Below are positions 19,752 through 29,185 of a stretch of DNA of 64,000 nucleotides, in pieces. The stretch covers positions 576,001 through 640,000 of the forward strand of contig OY970192.1 in the NCBI GenBank assembly GCA_963708135.1. The letters are read 5' to 3'. Below the pieces are notes generated by a model that saw nothing but the letters and a program-made list of their open reading frames with translations, ran no database searches and was not told the origin of the DNA. The stretch's first letter is position 1. Each line of letters opens with the position of its first letter. The translations under genes and the position numbers were made by a program. The DNA comes from an uncultured Gemmatimonadales bacterium. Its GTDB lineage: Bacteria > Gemmatimonadota > Gemmatimonadetes > Longimicrobiales > RSA9.

Positions 19752-20271
19752 GCCGGCCGTCGCCTACCTCGGTCTGGGCACCAATCTCGGCGACCGGGAG
19801 CGGAACCTGCGCGAGGCGCTGGGCCGCCTGGCCGCCGTGGTGTCGCTGGAGGCCGCATCCGCGGTGTACGCCTCCGAGCCGATCGGCTACACGGAGCAGC
19901 CCGAGTTCTGGAACATGGCGGTGCGGGCACGCACGGACCTCGCCCCGGGCGCCCTGGTGCGGCGTGCGCGCGAGATCGAGCGCGAGATGGGACGCGCGCC
20001 GTCGTTCCGGAACGGGCCGCGCCTGATCGACATCGACCTGCTGCTCTATGACCGGGAGCGGGTGAGCGAGCCGGGCGTCGAGGTCCCGCACCCGCGGCTG
20101 ATGGAGCGCGCCTTCGTGCTGCGCCCGCTCCTCGACCTCGACCCGGCGCTGACCCACCCCGTGTCCGGGACGGCCCTCGCGGATCGTGCCGCCGCGCCGG
20201 GACTGGGGCGGGTGGAGCGGTTGTTCCCGGGAGATGCCCTGCTCGAGGAAGGCGACGATGCGGACGTATGA
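19738..20271 (+). CDS. folK: 2-amino-4-hydroxy-6-hydroxymethyldihydropteridine diphosphokinase
   Basis: The conserved N-terminus AYLGLGTNLGDRERNLREAL lies upstream of the ORF-track GTG; also QPEFWN, RNGPRLIDIDLLLY, VPHPRLMERAFVLRPL. The best-placed start candidate is ACG 19738, 6 nt after GGAGG. Confidence 0.88.
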   Translation, partial: TGARRPAVAYLGLGTNLGDRERNLREALGRLAAVVSLEAASAVYASEPIGYTEQPEFWNMAVRARTDLAPGALVRRAREIEREMGRAPSFRNGPRLIDIDLLLYDRERVSEPGVEVPHPRLMERAFVLRPLLDLDPALTHPVSGTALADRAAAPGLGRVERLFPGDALLEEGDDADV

Positions 20272-21613
20272 CCCCGCGGCCCCACGCCTGCACCCCCGCC
20301 GGAGCGCCCTCCTGGCCGCGCTGCTGCTCATCCCCCTGGCGGCCGTCGGCTGCCGGGGGCAGGCCGGCCGGAAGAGCGCGGCCGCGCCCGCGACGAGCGA
20401 GCTGGCCCGTGGCGGCCCGCCGGAGCTGCGCGCGATGGTGGATTCCATGCTGCCGCGGCTCGAGGTGCTCTCCGGCCTCGCGGCCGAGCACCCGATCCGG
20501 CTGGCCACGACGAGCCGGCAGGCGGTGCGCGCGTACGTGGTCCACCGGCTGGACGAGGACCTCCCTCCCGCGCAGCTCGAAGGCGTGCGCGCCACCTACG
20601 CCGCCCTCGGCCTCATCCCCGACACGCTCGACCTGCGCCGGCTGCTCGTGAACCTCTACACGGAGCAGGTGGGCGGCTATTACGATCCGCACACCAAGAC
20701 CTTCTACACGCTCGAGGGCACCCCGCCCGACCAGCTCCGCACCGTCCTCGCCCACGAGCTGGTGCACGCGCTCCAGGACCAGCACGCCGACATCGACTCC
20801 CTCATCGCCCCCGCGCGTGGAAACGACCGGGACGAGGCGGCGCAGGCCGCCATCGAGGGGCAGGCCACAGCCGTGATGTTCGCAATGCTCGCCGAGCGCG
20901 CCAGCGGCGGCGCCGCCGATCCCGCCCGCCTTCCCGACCTCGGCGCCCAGCTCCGTCCCGCGCTCGAGATGCAGAACGCGCAGTTCCCAGTCTTTCGCTC
21001 CGCGCCCGTCATCATCCGCGAGACCATGCTCTTTCCCTACCTCGGCGGCGCCTCCTTCGTGCAGACGCTCTGGCGCCGCGCGGAGCGCGAGCGCGGCGGG
21101 CGCATGGGCGTGCGGCCGTGGCCCGCGCCCTTCGACTCGCTGCTCCCGCTCTCGACCGAGCAGGTGATGCACCCCGACAGTGCCTTCTTCCTGCGCCGCG
21201 ACACGGCGACCGCGATCGTTCTCGGTCCCACTCCCGCCGCCGCGGCGGGGGCGTGGACCACCGTCCACGAGGACGTGCTCGGGGCGCTCGAGACCGGCAT
21301 CTTCCTGCGCCAGCATCTCGGTCCCGCCGCCTCCGCTCGCGGCTGGGACGGCGACCGCTTCCGCCTGCTGCGCTCGCCGGCCGGAGGCGAGGCGCTCGTG
21401 TGGTACTCCGTGTGGGATGATGCCGGCGCCGCCGACGCTTTCGCGGACGCCTACCGCCGGACGCTCGCGAAGCGGCCGGGACGCACGGCGGTGGTCGCGC
21501 GCGTGACTCTCGAGGGACGCCCGGGCGTGCGAGTGGTGGACGTGACCGCCGGAGTGGATGCCACTACGGTCCCGCTGCCGCCCGTGACCGCGCTGCGGCC
21601 CGTCACGCGCTGA
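20258..21613 (+). CDS. hypothetical lipoprotein with a zinc-metallopeptidase-like HExxH..E motif
   Basis: Signal peptide ending AVGC; GGYYDP, VLAHELVHALQDQH, AAIEGQAT, LFPYLGG. Confidence 0.7.
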   Translation: MRTYDPAAPRLHPRRSALLAALLLIPLAAVGCRGQAGRKSAAAPATSELARGGPPELRAMVDSMLPRLEVLSGLAAEHPIRLATTSRQAVRAYVVHRLDEDLPPAQLEGVRATYAALGLIPDTLDLRRLLVNLYTEQVGGYYDPHTKTFYTLEGTPPDQLRTVLAHELVHALQDQHADIDSLIAPARGNDRDEAAQAAIEGQATAVMFAMLAERASGGAADPARLPDLGAQLRPALEMQNAQFPVFRSAPVIIRETMLFPYLGGASFVQTLWRRAERERGGRMGVRPWPAPFDSLLPLSTEQVMHPDSAFFLRRDTATAIVLGPTPAAAAGAWTTVHEDVLGALETGIFLRQHLGPAASARGWDGDRFRLLRSPAGGEALVWYSVWDDAGAADAFADAYRRTLAKRPGRTAVVARVTLEGRPGVRVVDVTAGVDATTVPLPPVTALRPVTR

Positions 21614-21746
21614 GGGAACCGACGCGCTCGCCCCGCCGCTCCTCCGCCTCGGTGGTGCGCCGTGACAAGACCCGGCGCGCCGCGGTGGCACGCCGGGTCT
21701 GTGGCCGGGCCTCGGCCCGGTCTACCGCCGCGAGCGGGTCGGCGGT

Positions 21747-23075
21747 TCAGACGTCCATCGGGACGAGCTCCGGCGCCACCCTCCCGTTCCCGTTCGAAAC
21801 GGCCTTGCCGTTGGCGGAGGCCTTCCCGCCGCCCCGGCGGCCGTTCCCATTGCCGTTCGCGCTCCCGCCGGTCCGCGTCTTCGCGCTTCCATCCGGCTTC
21901 GCGCCGGCGGCGCCGCCCACCGGCGCTCGGCCGTTCCCGCGCCCCCGCCCGGCCGGCTTTCTGCCGATCGGGATCACACCCGTCTCCGCCGCGATCTCGC
22001 AGCCGCCCTCGCCCGGTACCGTATCCGGCTTCGGCAGCGGGTAGCGGTAGATGTCGCCCGCATAGTTGCGGAGCACGACCTCGCTGTCGGTGACCGACTG
22101 CACGTACTCGGGGAGGATCGGGATCTTGCCGCCGCCCCCGGGCGCGTCGATGACGAAGTGCGGCACGGCCAGGCCGCTGGTCCAGCCGCGCAGGGCGCGG
22201 ATGATCTCGATGCCCTTCTCGAGCCCCGTGCGGAAGTGCTCGCCGCCCGCCACCACGTCGGCCTGGTAGATGTAGTAGGGCCGCACGCGCGCCTTCACGA
22301 GCCGCTGCATGAGCTCCTTCATCACCATCGGGTCATCGTTCACGCCCTTGAGCAGCACCGTCTGTGAGCCGAGCGGTGCGCCGGCATCCGCCAGCATGCC
22401 GAGCGCCTTCACCGCCTCCGGCGTGAGCTCGTCGGGATGGTTGAAGTGCACGTTGATGTAGACCGGGTGGTACTTCTTCACGATCTCGCACAGCTCGGGC
22501 GTGATGCGCTGCGGCAGGTGGCTCGGCATGCGCGAGTGGATGCGGATGATCTCGAGGTGCGGGATCGCCCGTAGTGTGGACAGGAAATACTCGATGCGCC
22601 GGTCCGAGAGCATGAACGGATCGCCGCCGGACAGGATCACGTCCCGCACTTCGGTGTGCTCGCGCAGGTACGCGAACGCGGAGTCGAACTGGTTCAGCGG
22701 GATCTTCTCCGGGTCGCCCACCTTGCGTCGCCGCGTGCAGAAGCGGCAGTAGGTCGAGCAGACCGGCGAGATCAGGAACAGCACGCGGTCCGGATAGCGG
22801 TGCGTGAGGTTCGGCACCGGCGAGTCCGCGTCCTCGTCCAGCGAGTCCACGATCCCGTCGTGCACCTCGTTCTCCGCGCCCGTCGGCACGTACTGCCGCC
22901 AGAAGGCGTCGCCCGGCGCCTTGATCTGCGCCAGCGCCGCCGGAGTGATCCGCAGGTTGAAGGTGTCGATCGCCCGCTGCACCGCGTCGCGGTCGATGTT
23001 CTCCGCGCCGAACCGCTCGACGAGATCGTCGACGGTGGTGACGCTCTCACGCAGAATGTCTTGCCATTTGTCCAT
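21747..23075 (-). CDS. kamA: KamA-family radical SAM lysine 2,3-aminomutase
   Basis: LTHRYPDRVL, CSTYCRFC (CxxxCxxC), ILSGGDP, HFNHPDE, QTVLLKGVND, DAPGGGGKIP (PLP lysine); low-complexity Gly/Asn tail. Confidence 0.9.
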   Translation of the reverse strand: MDKWQDILRESVTTVDDLVERFGAENIDRDAVQRAIDTFNLRITPAALAQIKAPGDAFWRQYVPTGAENEVHDGIVDSLDEDADSPVPNLTHRYPDRVLFLISPVCSTYCRFCTRRRKVGDPEKIPLNQFDSAFAYLREHTEVRDVILSGGDPFMLSDRRIEYFLSTLRAIPHLEIIRIHSRMPSHLPQRITPELCEIVKKYHPVYINVHFNHPDELTPEAVKALGMLADAGAPLGSQTVLLKGVNDDPMVMKELMQRLVKARVRPYYIYQADVVAGGEHFRTGLEKGIEIIRALRGWTSGLAVPHFVIDAPGGGGKIPILPEYVQSVTDSEVVLRNYAGDIYRYPLPKPDTVPGEGGCEIAAETGVIPIGRKPAGRGRGNGRAPVGGAAGAKPDGSAKTRTGGSANGNGNGRRGGGKASANGKAVSNGNGRVAPELVPMDV

Positions 23076-23077
23076 TT

Positions 23078-23656
23078 TCAGGCCCGCCCAGATTCGAGTT
23101 GGATGCGCTTGGAGTAGATGACACGGTCATCGCCGTCCGAGTAGAAGTCCGGGACTCGTGCAACCTCGCAGTATCCGCGCCGCAGATAGAACTGCCGTGT
23201 CGGCTCATAGAACGGCTGGGACGAGGTCTCGATAATCACGAGTCGTGCATCCGTGCGGGCAAGCCTTCGCTCCACCTCCTGTAGCAGTCGGGTGCCGACC
23301 CCCAGGTTCTGCGCCGCCGGCGAGACCGCGATCCAGTACAGATCAATGGTGCCCGCCGTGAGCGGCGTGGGGCCGTAGCAGACGTAGCCGAGCAGGTCAC
23401 CCTCGGGGGTGAAGGCGCCCAGGACGGTGTAGTCCTGCTCGGGTGCGACGAAGTAGGCATCCAGCACGTCCAGCGCGACGCCGATCTCCTCGTCGCGGAA
23501 GAAGCCGGTCTCGCGCAGCAGCCGCTCGACCTTGCGGCGGTGGCGCCGATTGAGCGCCCGGAGCGCGACGGGCTCGGGGCTCTCCGCGGCGGCCGGGTCA
23601 CCCGCGCGGGCGTGCGTCGCCTCGGCGCGCGCGTTCGGCTCATTTGGCGTGCTCAT
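23078..23656 (-). CDS. GNAT-family N-acetyltransferase
   Basis: DLYWIAVSPAAQNLGVGTRLL (acetyl-CoA motif A), IETSSQPFYEPTRQFYLRRGY; ATGA overlap with the upstream ligase. Confidence 0.85.
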   Translation of the reverse strand: MSTPNEPNARAEATHARAGDPAAAESPEPVALRALNRRHRRKVERLLRETGFFRDEEIGVALDVLDAYFVAPEQDYTVLGAFTPEGDLLGYVCYGPTPLTAGTIDLYWIAVSPAAQNLGVGTRLLQEVERRLARTDARLVIIETSSQPFYEPTRQFYLRRGYCEVARVPDFYSDGDDRVIYSKRIQLESGRA

Positions 23657-24612
23657 GCGGCCTCCCGCACGATGCGCTCGACCAGCTCCGCGTAGCCGAG
23701 GCCGTCGGCGGCGGCCATGCGGGTGAGGCCGGCGGAGGGTGCCAGGTCCGGGTTCGGGTTCACCTCCAGCACGAAGAGCCGGCCGTCGGCGTCGCCCCGC
23801 AGGTCCACCCGCCCGTAGCCCCGCCCCTCGACGGTGGCCCAGGCGGCCAGGGCGAGGCGGCGCGCCTCCGCCAGCATCTCGGGCGCGAGCGGCGCCGGGC
23901 AAAGCGGCACGGTGGCCAGGTCCTCGACCGACCCAGGCGCCCACTTGGCCGCATAGCCGACCATCGGCCAGCTGCCCTCGGGCGTGGCGGCGAAATCGAT
24001 CTCGGCCACGGCCAGCACGCGCTCGCCGACGATCCCGACGTTCAGCTCGCGGCCGCGCAGGAACTCCTGCACGAGGAGCGGCGCGTGCTTCCACCCGGCC
24101 GTGAGGGCGCGCTCCAGCTCGGCCGCATCGCGCGCGACGCACGCCTGCGTGATCCCCACGGAAGCGTCCTCCGCGGCCGGCTTCACGATGGCGGGGAAGC
24201 GGTTCCAGGCCGGCGCGGTGGCGCCCTCGGCGGACGCCGTCCAGCTCGGCACCGGCACGCCCGCCCGCTCGAGCAGCGCGTTCGTCCGGTCCTTCCGGCG
24301 CGCGAGGGCCAGCGTCTCGGCCCCGCTGCCGGTGAGCGGCAGCCGCATCAGCTCGATGACGGCGGCCACCCGCGCCTCTCCCGCACTCGACCCGGCGGCG
24401 CCCTCGCACAGGTTGAAGACCAGGTCGGGCGCGGCGTCTCGCAGCGCGCCGACCCACGCGTCCACATGCGCGCCCACGCCCACGCGGACCGGCGCGTGGC
24501 CGAGGTCGCCGAGCGCCACGTCCACGGCCTCCACCGCCTCGAGGACGCCGCGCTCATCGGCGGTGGCGCCCGCGCGGGCGTCCACGTCGTCGTACAGCAC
24601 GGCGATCCTCAT
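23653..24612 (-). CDS. D-Ala-D-Ala-ligase-like ATP-grasp enzyme (copy 2)
   Basis: VFNLCEG, PLTGSG, IVKPAAEDASVGI, VQEFLRGRE, YAAKW, GRVDLR, LEVNPNPDL. Confidence 0.85.
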   Translation of the reverse strand: MRIAVLYDDVDARAGATADERGVLEAVEAVDVALGDLGHAPVRVGVGAHVDAWVGALRDAAPDLVFNLCEGAAGSSAGEARVAAVIELMRLPLTGSGAETLALARRKDRTNALLERAGVPVPSWTASAEGATAPAWNRFPAIVKPAAEDASVGITQACVARDAAELERALTAGWKHAPLLVQEFLRGRELNVGIVGERVLAVAEIDFAATPEGSWPMVGYAAKWAPGSVEDLATVPLCPAPLAPEMLAEARRLALAAWATVEGRGYGRVDLRGDADGRLFVLEVNPNPDLAPSAGLTRMAAADGLGYAELVERIVREAA

Positions 24613-25688
24613 GGCCGGATCCCGTAGCGCCGGAGCGCGAAGCCGAGCACCAGGTTCAGCATCTCATCGTAGCCGATGCCCGCAGCGCGCGCCGCCTTCG
24701 GGAAGCAGGAGTTCTGCTCCGGTCGCGGCAGGATGCCCGGCAACGGATTGATCTCGATCACCTGCGGCGCGCCGGCCTCGTCCAGACGCAGGTCCACGCG
24801 CGCCCAGTCCCGGCAGCCCAGCGCGTGAAAGGCCGCGAGCGCGGTCCGCGCGAGCGCGCCGCTCAGCGCCTCGTCCACCTCCGCAGGGCACTCGAAGATC
24901 CGCAGCGGCGCCTCCTCGGTGTCCCATACCCACTTGGCCTCGTAGCCGTAGAGCGGAGCGGCCCCCGACGGCAGGGCATCGAAGCGGATCTCGACCGGTG
25001 GCAGAGCGATCGCCTCCGCGCCGTTTCCGAGGACCGCCAGCGTGAACTCGCGGCCGGGCAGGAAGCGCTCGACCAGCGCCGGCTGCCCATACTCGGCCGC
25101 GATCTCCTCGACGCGTGCGCCCACCATCGCCGCCGTCGTGCAGAACGCCCGCTCCGGGATCCCCTTGCTCGAGCCCTCGAAGAGCGGCTTGACGACGACG
25201 GGCAGCGCCGGCCTCCCGGGTGCGCCTCCGTTGCCCGCCCGCCCCCGGCTGCCGTCCACGACGGCGAACGCGGGCGTGGGCACGCCGCGCGCGAGCCAGA
25301 CCTCCTTGGCCCGCCGCTTGTCCAGCGCGAGCGCCAGCGTCAGCGGGTCGCTGCCCGTGTACGGGATGTCGTAGAACTCGCAGATGGCCGGGACGTGGGC
25401 CTCCCGGTTCGGGCCGTAGAGCCCTTCCGCGATGTTGAAGACAATGTCGGGGTGGGTCTCGCGGAGCACCAAAGGAAAGTCCGCATTGGCCTCCATGCGG
25501 ACGACGGTGCCGGCGCGGCGGAGCGCCGCCTCGACGGCGGCGATGGTGGCGGGCTCGTCCCACTCCGCGTAGCGGTCGTGGGACGGCGCGTGCGGAGGGC
25601 GCCCCCCGCCGGGAGGCTCCTCGCTACTGGGAGGCTCTTCGTCCTCCCCTGGCTTCTCGTTGTATGCGAACCCGATCCGGAGCGTCAT
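24609..25688 (-). CDS. D-Ala-D-Ala-ligase-like ATP-grasp enzyme (copy 1)
   Basis: MTLRIGFAYN, YAEWD, VFNIAEG, PYTGSDPLTLALALDK, VVKPLFEGSSKGI, ERFLPGREFT, YEAKW, RVDLR, EINPLPG. Confidence 0.88.
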   Translation of the reverse strand: MTLRIGFAYNEKPGEDEEPPSSEEPPGGGRPPHAPSHDRYAEWDEPATIAAVEAALRRAGTVVRMEANADFPLVLRETHPDIVFNIAEGLYGPNREAHVPAICEFYDIPYTGSDPLTLALALDKRRAKEVWLARGVPTPAFAVVDGSRGRAGNGGAPGRPALPVVVKPLFEGSSKGIPERAFCTTAAMVGARVEEIAAEYGQPALVERFLPGREFTLAVLGNGAEAIALPPVEIRFDALPSGAAPLYGYEAKWVWDTEEAPLRIFECPAEVDEALSGALARTALAAFHALGCRDWARVDLRLDEAGAPQVIEINPLPGILPRPEQNSCFPKAARAAGIGYDEMLNLVLGFALRRYGIRP

Positions 25689-25830
25689 CGCTGCCTTGCG
25701 TCCCCTCGGCGTACCCCTAAGAAAAAGCGCGTCTCCCTCGCGAAGACGCGGCTGCCGTCGGTCGCGCCGCTCGGCGGCGGCGCAAGTCCCGTGCTCGGCT
25801 GCACGGAACCTCTCGTTTTTGCCCCGCACC

Positions 25831-25859
25831 AGTATAGCGCCGCGCCGCGCTGGATGGAA
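25831..25859 (-). promoter_or_regulatory. putative sigma70 promoter of the ATP-grasp/GNAT/kamA operon
   Basis: Minus-strand TTCCAT-N17-TATACT in the divergent intergenic region. Confidence 0.4.
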
Positions 25860-25952
25860 GGGCCATGTGCCGTCGTCCGTTGCCGCCGTTGCACCCCTCG
25901 GGCTAGCTTCCCCGCCGGGACGAACTTGCACGGGGAAAGGGCAGATCGAGTC

Positions 25953-27065
25953 ATGCCGACCCTCACGATCGCGCCGCCTCCCGACGAGGCGGCGCCCTAC
26001 GCGGTGCACATCGAGGCGGGCGTGCTGGACCGCCTTCCCGGCGTGCTCTCCGCCGCCGCCCCGGCCCATCGCTACGTCATCGTGACGGACGGGGTCGTGA
26101 ACGCCCTCCTCGGCGCGCGCGTGGCGGGGGTGCTCCGCGACGCCGGGCTGCGCGTCAACATCGTGCCGGTGCCCGCCGGCGAGGCCGCCAAGACGATCCG
26201 CACATGGGAGGAAGTCCAGGAGGCCATGCTCGGGCTCGGCGTCGGCCGCGACGGCTGCGTGCTCGCGCTCGGCGGCGGCGTCGTCGGCGACCTGGCCGGC
26301 TTCGCCGCGGCCACCTACCTGCGCGGAATCCCCGTGGTGCAGGTGCCGACCACGCTGCTCGCGATGATCGATGCCTCCGTGGGCGGGAAGACGGGCGTGG
26401 ACACGCGCGCGGGGAAGAACCTGATCGGCGCGCTCCACCAGCCGCGCGCGGTCGTGGCCGACCCGGAGGTGCTCGCCACGCTCCCTGCTTCCGAGCTGCG
26501 CTCCGGCCTGGCGGAGGCGCTCAAGCACGGCGCCATCCGGGAGCGCGCCTACCTGGAGTGGATCGTGGCGCACGCGGCGGACGTGCTCGCGGGCGACGTC
26601 GCCATCCTCACCGAGCTCATCGCCCGCTCGGTCCGGATCAAGGCCGCGTTCGCGGCCGCCGACCCGCGCGAGGCCGGCCCCCGCCAGGCCCTCAACTTCG
26701 GCCACACGATCGGCCACGCCATCGAGGCGCTCACCGGCTACGCTCTGCGTCACGGCCACGCCGTCGCGGTCGGGATGGTGGCCGAGGGCGCGCTGGGCGA
26801 GCGCATCGGCGTGAGCACGCCCGGCACGGCCGCCGTGCTGCGCAGCGCCGTCGAGGCGCTCGGCCTGCCCGCCCGCGTCCCTGCCGGCATCGCACCCGAC
26901 GACATCCTGGCCGCCGTCCGTGCCGACAAGAAGGCGCGCGCATCCCGCCCCCGCTACATCCTCCTGCGCACGGTCGGCGAGATCGCGCGCGCGCCGGACG
27001 GCGCCTGGACCCACCCCGCCGACGACGCCGCCGTGCGGACGGCGCTCTCGATCCCGGACCGCTGA
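25953..27065 (+). CDS. aroB: 3-dehydroquinate synthase
   Basis: GEAAKT, ALGGGVVGDLAGFAAATYLRG, VPTTLLAMIDASVGGKTG, LNFGHTIGHAIE, HGHAVA, DKK. Confidence 0.95.
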   Translation: MPTLTIAPPPDEAAPYAVHIEAGVLDRLPGVLSAAAPAHRYVIVTDGVVNALLGARVAGVLRDAGLRVNIVPVPAGEAAKTIRTWEEVQEAMLGLGVGRDGCVLALGGGVVGDLAGFAAATYLRGIPVVQVPTTLLAMIDASVGGKTGVDTRAGKNLIGALHQPRAVVADPEVLATLPASELRSGLAEALKHGAIRERAYLEWIVAHAADVLAGDVAILTELIARSVRIKAAFAAADPREAGPRQALNFGHTIGHAIEALTGYALRHGHAVAVGMVAEGALGERIGVSTPGTAAVLRSAVEALGLPARVPAGIAPDDILAAVRADKKARASRPRYILLRTVGEIARAPDGAWTHPADDAAVRTALSIPDR

Positions 27066-27140
27066 TCGGCACCCGTTTCCGCTCCCGGAGCCGGACCCGA
27101 TCCCGCTCCCGATCCTCCACTTTTCCGCCTGCCACTTCGT

Positions 27141-27170
27141 TTGACGGCGATCACCCCCGGCCGCTATGTT
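27141..27170 (+). promoter_or_regulatory. putative sigma70 promoter for the acyl-CoA ligase gene
   Basis: TTGACG-N18-TATGTT. Confidence 0.45.
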
Positions 27171-27240
27171 TCGTGCCGTTGTCGTTGCCGCCCCGCCGCG
27201 CGGGCGCGGCCGACGTGGAGCGACCCCCGACGGAGGCGTA

Positions 27241-28842
27241 ATGGCGCTCGAGGAGCGCGTTCGTGGCCGGTCTGTCGCCGAAGCATTGCAGGCACGGGCG
27301 GCCGAAGAGCCGGACCGTGTATTCCTGTATTTCGGCGAGCGCAAGTTCACGTACGGACAGGTCGAGGCGCGGGCGTCCGCGCTCGCGGCGGCGCTGCACG
27401 AGCTCGGCCTCGAGCGCGGCGACCGTATCGCGCTGGACCTTCCCAACTGGCCCGAGTTCGTCATCTCGCTCTTCGCCGCCGCGAAGCTCGGCGCGATCAT
27501 CGTGCCCCTCAATCCGCACTTCACCGTGCCCGAGTTGCAGTACATGCTGCGGCACTCGGAGGCGGCGGTCGTGGTCAGCGCGGAGACCTTCGCCGGGATC
27601 GACTACCTGCAGCTCTTCGAGGGCTTCCTGACCTCGCTGCCGGACCTGCAGTACCTGGTCACGGTGGGCGAGGAGGACCTCTGGTACGACGACCGCGTGT
27701 ACCAGTTCGAGGACCTGCTCTCGAGCGGTGAGGGCCGCCCGGTGCCCGACGTCGCGATCGACCCCGCCGAGGACCCCTTCGCCATCCTCTACACCTCCGG
27801 CACCATGGGCAAGCCGAAGGGCGTCGTGCTCACGCACGGCAACCTGCTCTCCACCGCCGCCCGGACCGTGGAGGGAATCGGCCTCACGCCCGATGACGTC
27901 GTGTTCGGCGTGACCACCGTGTTCCACGTGTTCGGGCTGGGTCCAGGGGTGCTCGGCACGCTCGCCGCCGGCGCCTCCCTCGTGCTGCAGGAGCAGTTCG
28001 ATCCGGCGCGCGCCCTCGATCTGATCGAGGCGCACCGCGTGACCGTGCATTACGGCGTGCCGACGGTGTTCATCACCGAGCTGCGCGAGCTCGAGCGTGT
28101 GCGGCCGAACCTGTCCTCGCTGCGCACGGGCATCGTGGCCGGTGCCCCGATCGGCGACGAGCTGGTGCGCCGCATCCGGGGACAGCTCTGTCCGGGGCTC
28201 CAGGTGGCCTACTCGCTGACCGAAACGGCCTCCACGCTGTCCATGACCCGGGCGGATGATCCGGAGAGCAAGCAGACGTACACGGTCGGCCGGCCGCTCG
28301 AGCGGACCGATGTGCGCGTGCTCGACCTGGACGGCACCATCCTCCCGATCGAGAGCCTCGGCGAGATCGCGGTCCGGGGACCGGGGGTGATGAAGGGCTA
28401 CTACCGGCAGCCGGGAGAGACGGCACAGGTGTTCGACGAGGACGGCTATTTCCTCACCGGTGACCTCGGGATCATCGACGAGGAAGGCTACGTCCACATC
28501 GTCGGCCGCCGGAAGGAGCTCATCATCCGCGGTGGCTTCAATGTCTACCCGCGCGAGGTCGAGGACCGGATCCACGCCCATCCGGCCGTACTGGACGTGG
28601 CCGTCGTGGGACTCCCGAACGAGGTGCTGGGCGAGCTGGTGTGCGCTTGCGTCGTCCCCGTGGAGGGCGCGATCATCACCGGCGAGGAGATCAAGGAGTG
28701 GTGCCGCGGCGCGCTGGCGGACTACAAGCTGCCCGACCTGGTCCGCTTCTTCGATACCTTCCCGCTCACGGGAAGCGGCAAGGTGCGGCGCGTCGAGCTG
28801 GCCCGCATGGTCAGCGCCGACGAGTCCAGCCGTCGGCCCTAG
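27241..28842 (+). CDS. AMP-binding long-chain-fatty-acid--CoA ligase family protein
   Basis: ILYTSGTMGKPKG, YSLTE, FLTGDLG, GRRKELIIRGGFNVYPREVE, TGSGKV; GGAGG RBS. Confidence 0.9.
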   Translation: MALEERVRGRSVAEALQARAAEEPDRVFLYFGERKFTYGQVEARASALAAALHELGLERGDRIALDLPNWPEFVISLFAAAKLGAIIVPLNPHFTVPELQYMLRHSEAAVVVSAETFAGIDYLQLFEGFLTSLPDLQYLVTVGEEDLWYDDRVYQFEDLLSSGEGRPVPDVAIDPAEDPFAILYTSGTMGKPKGVVLTHGNLLSTAARTVEGIGLTPDDVVFGVTTVFHVFGLGPGVLGTLAAGASLVLQEQFDPARALDLIEAHRVTVHYGVPTVFITELRELERVRPNLSSLRTGIVAGAPIGDELVRRIRGQLCPGLQVAYSLTETASTLSMTRADDPESKQTYTVGRPLERTDVRVLDLDGTILPIESLGEIAVRGPGVMKGYYRQPGETAQVFDEDGYFLTGDLGIIDEEGYVHIVGRRKELIIRGGFNVYPREVEDRIHAHPAVLDVAVVGLPNEVLGELVCACVVPVEGAIITGEEIKEWCRGALADYKLPDLVRFFDTFPLTGSGKVRRVELARMVSADESSRRP

Positions 28843-29185
28843 GCGCGCGCGGCGGAACGCCTTCTGCGACCCTGCGCGGGTCCGCGTGCGGGCACGCACG
28901 CGCCGCCGCAGGCGGCGGGGGAAAGGCCCGGGCTTCGCGGGGTATGAAGCCCCGGCAGCGAGCGGAGCGGCAGGTGCCGCGCAGATGGCCGGGATGAGGA
29001 TGGACAGGGTGCGCGCCGCAGCCCGTCGGCATCCGCTCGCGAAACTCAACGCATGCGTGCCCGCATGCGTAGCAATGGATGCGGGGCTCCTTCTCTGATC
29101 CCGCGGCGCCCCCCCGGATGGGGCTGGCGGCCGCGCAGAGGGGAAGAGGTCCCGCGGAAGGGAACAGTTGACAAGCTCAGGAGAA

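Noticed and set aside
21747..23075. EpmB (EF-P beta-lysylation) call
   Set aside because: No efp or epmA nearby, and the context is ATP-grasp/GNAT. It cannot be fully excluded without phylogeny.
23653..25688. Vancomycin-resistance (van) or housekeeping ddl call
   Set aside because: No vanH/X/R/S or dcw context, and the Ddl N-terminal GGxSxE motif is absent.
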